From NCBI GenBank assembly GCA_004431415.1, contig QPMI01000533.1:124001-188000 (forward strand): 64,000 nucleotides of DNA, read 5' to 3'. The notes beneath the pieces were generated by a model. The model saw only the letters and a list, made by a program, of their open reading frames with translations, did no database searches and was not told where the DNA came from. The DNA is from Cyanophora paradoxa CCMP329. Taxonomy: Eukaryota > Plantae > Glaucophyta. Position numbers and translations under genes: made by a program. Position 1 is the first letter of the stretch, and each line of letters starts with the position of its first letter. Positions 62,701-64,000 of the stretch are shown here, piece by piece.

Positions 62701-63255
62701 TTGCAAGGGGGGAAGGGGACCCCCTTGCTTCCCGTTCCCTCGCTTCAGCCAAAAAGTTTTCTATGAGGCCGTTTTCGAGGTCCAGTTTGCAACAAAAATG
62801 TGCCGAAATTGGGTTGCGACACGTGTTTGTCGCTGCGGCCGTCCATGCAAAAAGGGGTTTTCGAGGGCGAAGACCAGTACTAGTTGTCTCTCGCCTTGAA
62901 GCCTGGAAACCAACTTCTCTGTCATTCCGGTCTTCGAATTCCTTGCGCGGTTCTGCATGGAACCAGTTCTCCCTATAGCTAGCTGTCTCCTCTAGATTTC
63001 GGCTTCCTCACAGTGCGTCGCGTACGCCTTGCTCTTCGTTGCGCGGTTCTGCATGGAACCACTTCTCCCTAGCTGTCTTGCTCGATCTCCTCTAGATTTC
63101 CCCTTAAATTACTCGCACTGCGCCGCGTACGCTGCATGGTACCCGTGCCGCCTGGACTAGTTGTCACTGCATCAAGCTTGCACCGAAGCACCGACGCACG
63201 CGCGCGCAGCCCGTGGGCCGGTGTGGCGCGTACACTGGGGCTTAAGAAAGTCTGG

Positions 63256-63325
63256 GGGAAACATGCACGTGTTTCCCGGCCAGCCGGGAAACACGCGCCA
63301 GTTTCCCGGGAGGTGGGAAACAGAG
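63256..63325. repeat. GGGAAAC/GTTTCCC inverted-repeat cluster with a perfect 13-bp hairpin
   Basis: CGTGTTTCCCGGC-CA-GCCGGGAAACACG at 63268-63295; related motifs recur at ~63725-63752. Confidence 0.7.
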
Positions 63326-64000
63326 CTGCAACCTGCCAGGCTGGTCGTGAGGCGAGTCAGCAGCGCGGGGGCGCAGCGCTGTGCCACTGCGTACGCAGAC
63401 CTTAGCTACATAGCTGATGACGGCGCTGCAAAGAGCCGATGGCCAGATTGACCCGGTTGGCCATGTGCTGCTGTGCCCGGGTTCGTCAAGAAAACGAGCG
63501 CGCGCTACCAAAGCGTGCGGTTCAAAGTTGCTTACAGCTCATTTGGAGACGTTCTAGGTGGTTAAAACATGTGCTTTGGGGTCGGCGTGGTCCACCGATC
63601 AAATGTCGGGCTGAGCCCGGAACGCATCGCTGGCGCGCCATTCTGCTGCAGATGTGCTTTGATGTGATCAATAAAGCAAATTGGAGACCCGCGGCTCACG
63701 CCGGAGAGCGATCGCTGTTACGTGCTGGCCGGGAAACACCAGGTGGGAAACGCGGGCGAGTTGCATGGCTTGGCCAACTACGTCATCTTCGCGATCGAAG
63801 GCCGCGTGCTGCTCCGCGGGGGCCGTGGGTGCAGCCTCTGCTCGCCGTCGACGTCGCACCGCTAGCGCTGCGCCGACCTCGTTGGCGCCCCGGCAGCTGT
63901 CCGACGGTCCCTCGGCGCCGGGCGGCCGAAACCCTCGAGTGTCGCCTCGGACCCGCGCTTGGCCGCCTCCGCCGCTCTTGCGAGCTGACCAGCTCTTGCG

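Noticed and set aside
1-64000. tRNA or rRNA genes
   Set aside because: None recognised by eye; tRNAscan-SE or Infernal would be needed to exclude them.

Overview
Eukaryotic, GC-rich, intron-dense genomic DNA (many ~50-150 nt introns, frequent GC-AG donors). One protein starts MALPAF, like a plastid transit peptide, so an alga is likely; the taxon is inference only. Most short ORFs in the six-frame track are exon fragments or GC artefacts. Layout: (1) a ~15-kb inverted duplication (arms ~1580-16050 and ~33524-48595), each arm carrying one head-to-head copy of a giant secreted/surface protein gene (signal peptide, FN3-like repeats, Pro/Thr linker, Kelch-like repeats, GGA(I/V/L)/FxxN beta-helix repeats, hydrophobic C-terminus). 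The copies are very similar except for a strongly diverged Kelch cassette that also differs in intron positions. (2) In the spacer, a complete 10.15-kb Ginger2/Tdd-like DNA transposon (19458-29607; ~108-bp TIRs, TGT..ACA ends, GCCGG TSD) with an rve-type DDE transposase and a second, convergent gene of unknown function. About ten of its introns carry ~11-bp-phased CAACGC..GCGTTG palindrome arrays that I did not see elsewhere in the window; this is the best candidate for an undescribed system. The spacer also holds a heavily deleted relic of the histidine kinase gene and two MITE-like elements. (3) Right of the duplication, a thioredoxin-like [2Fe-2S] + TPR gene lies head-to-head with a membrane-bound PAS-PAS hybrid histidine kinase gene. 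Gene models were spliced by eye, boundaries are approximate, and identity statements are visual estimates.
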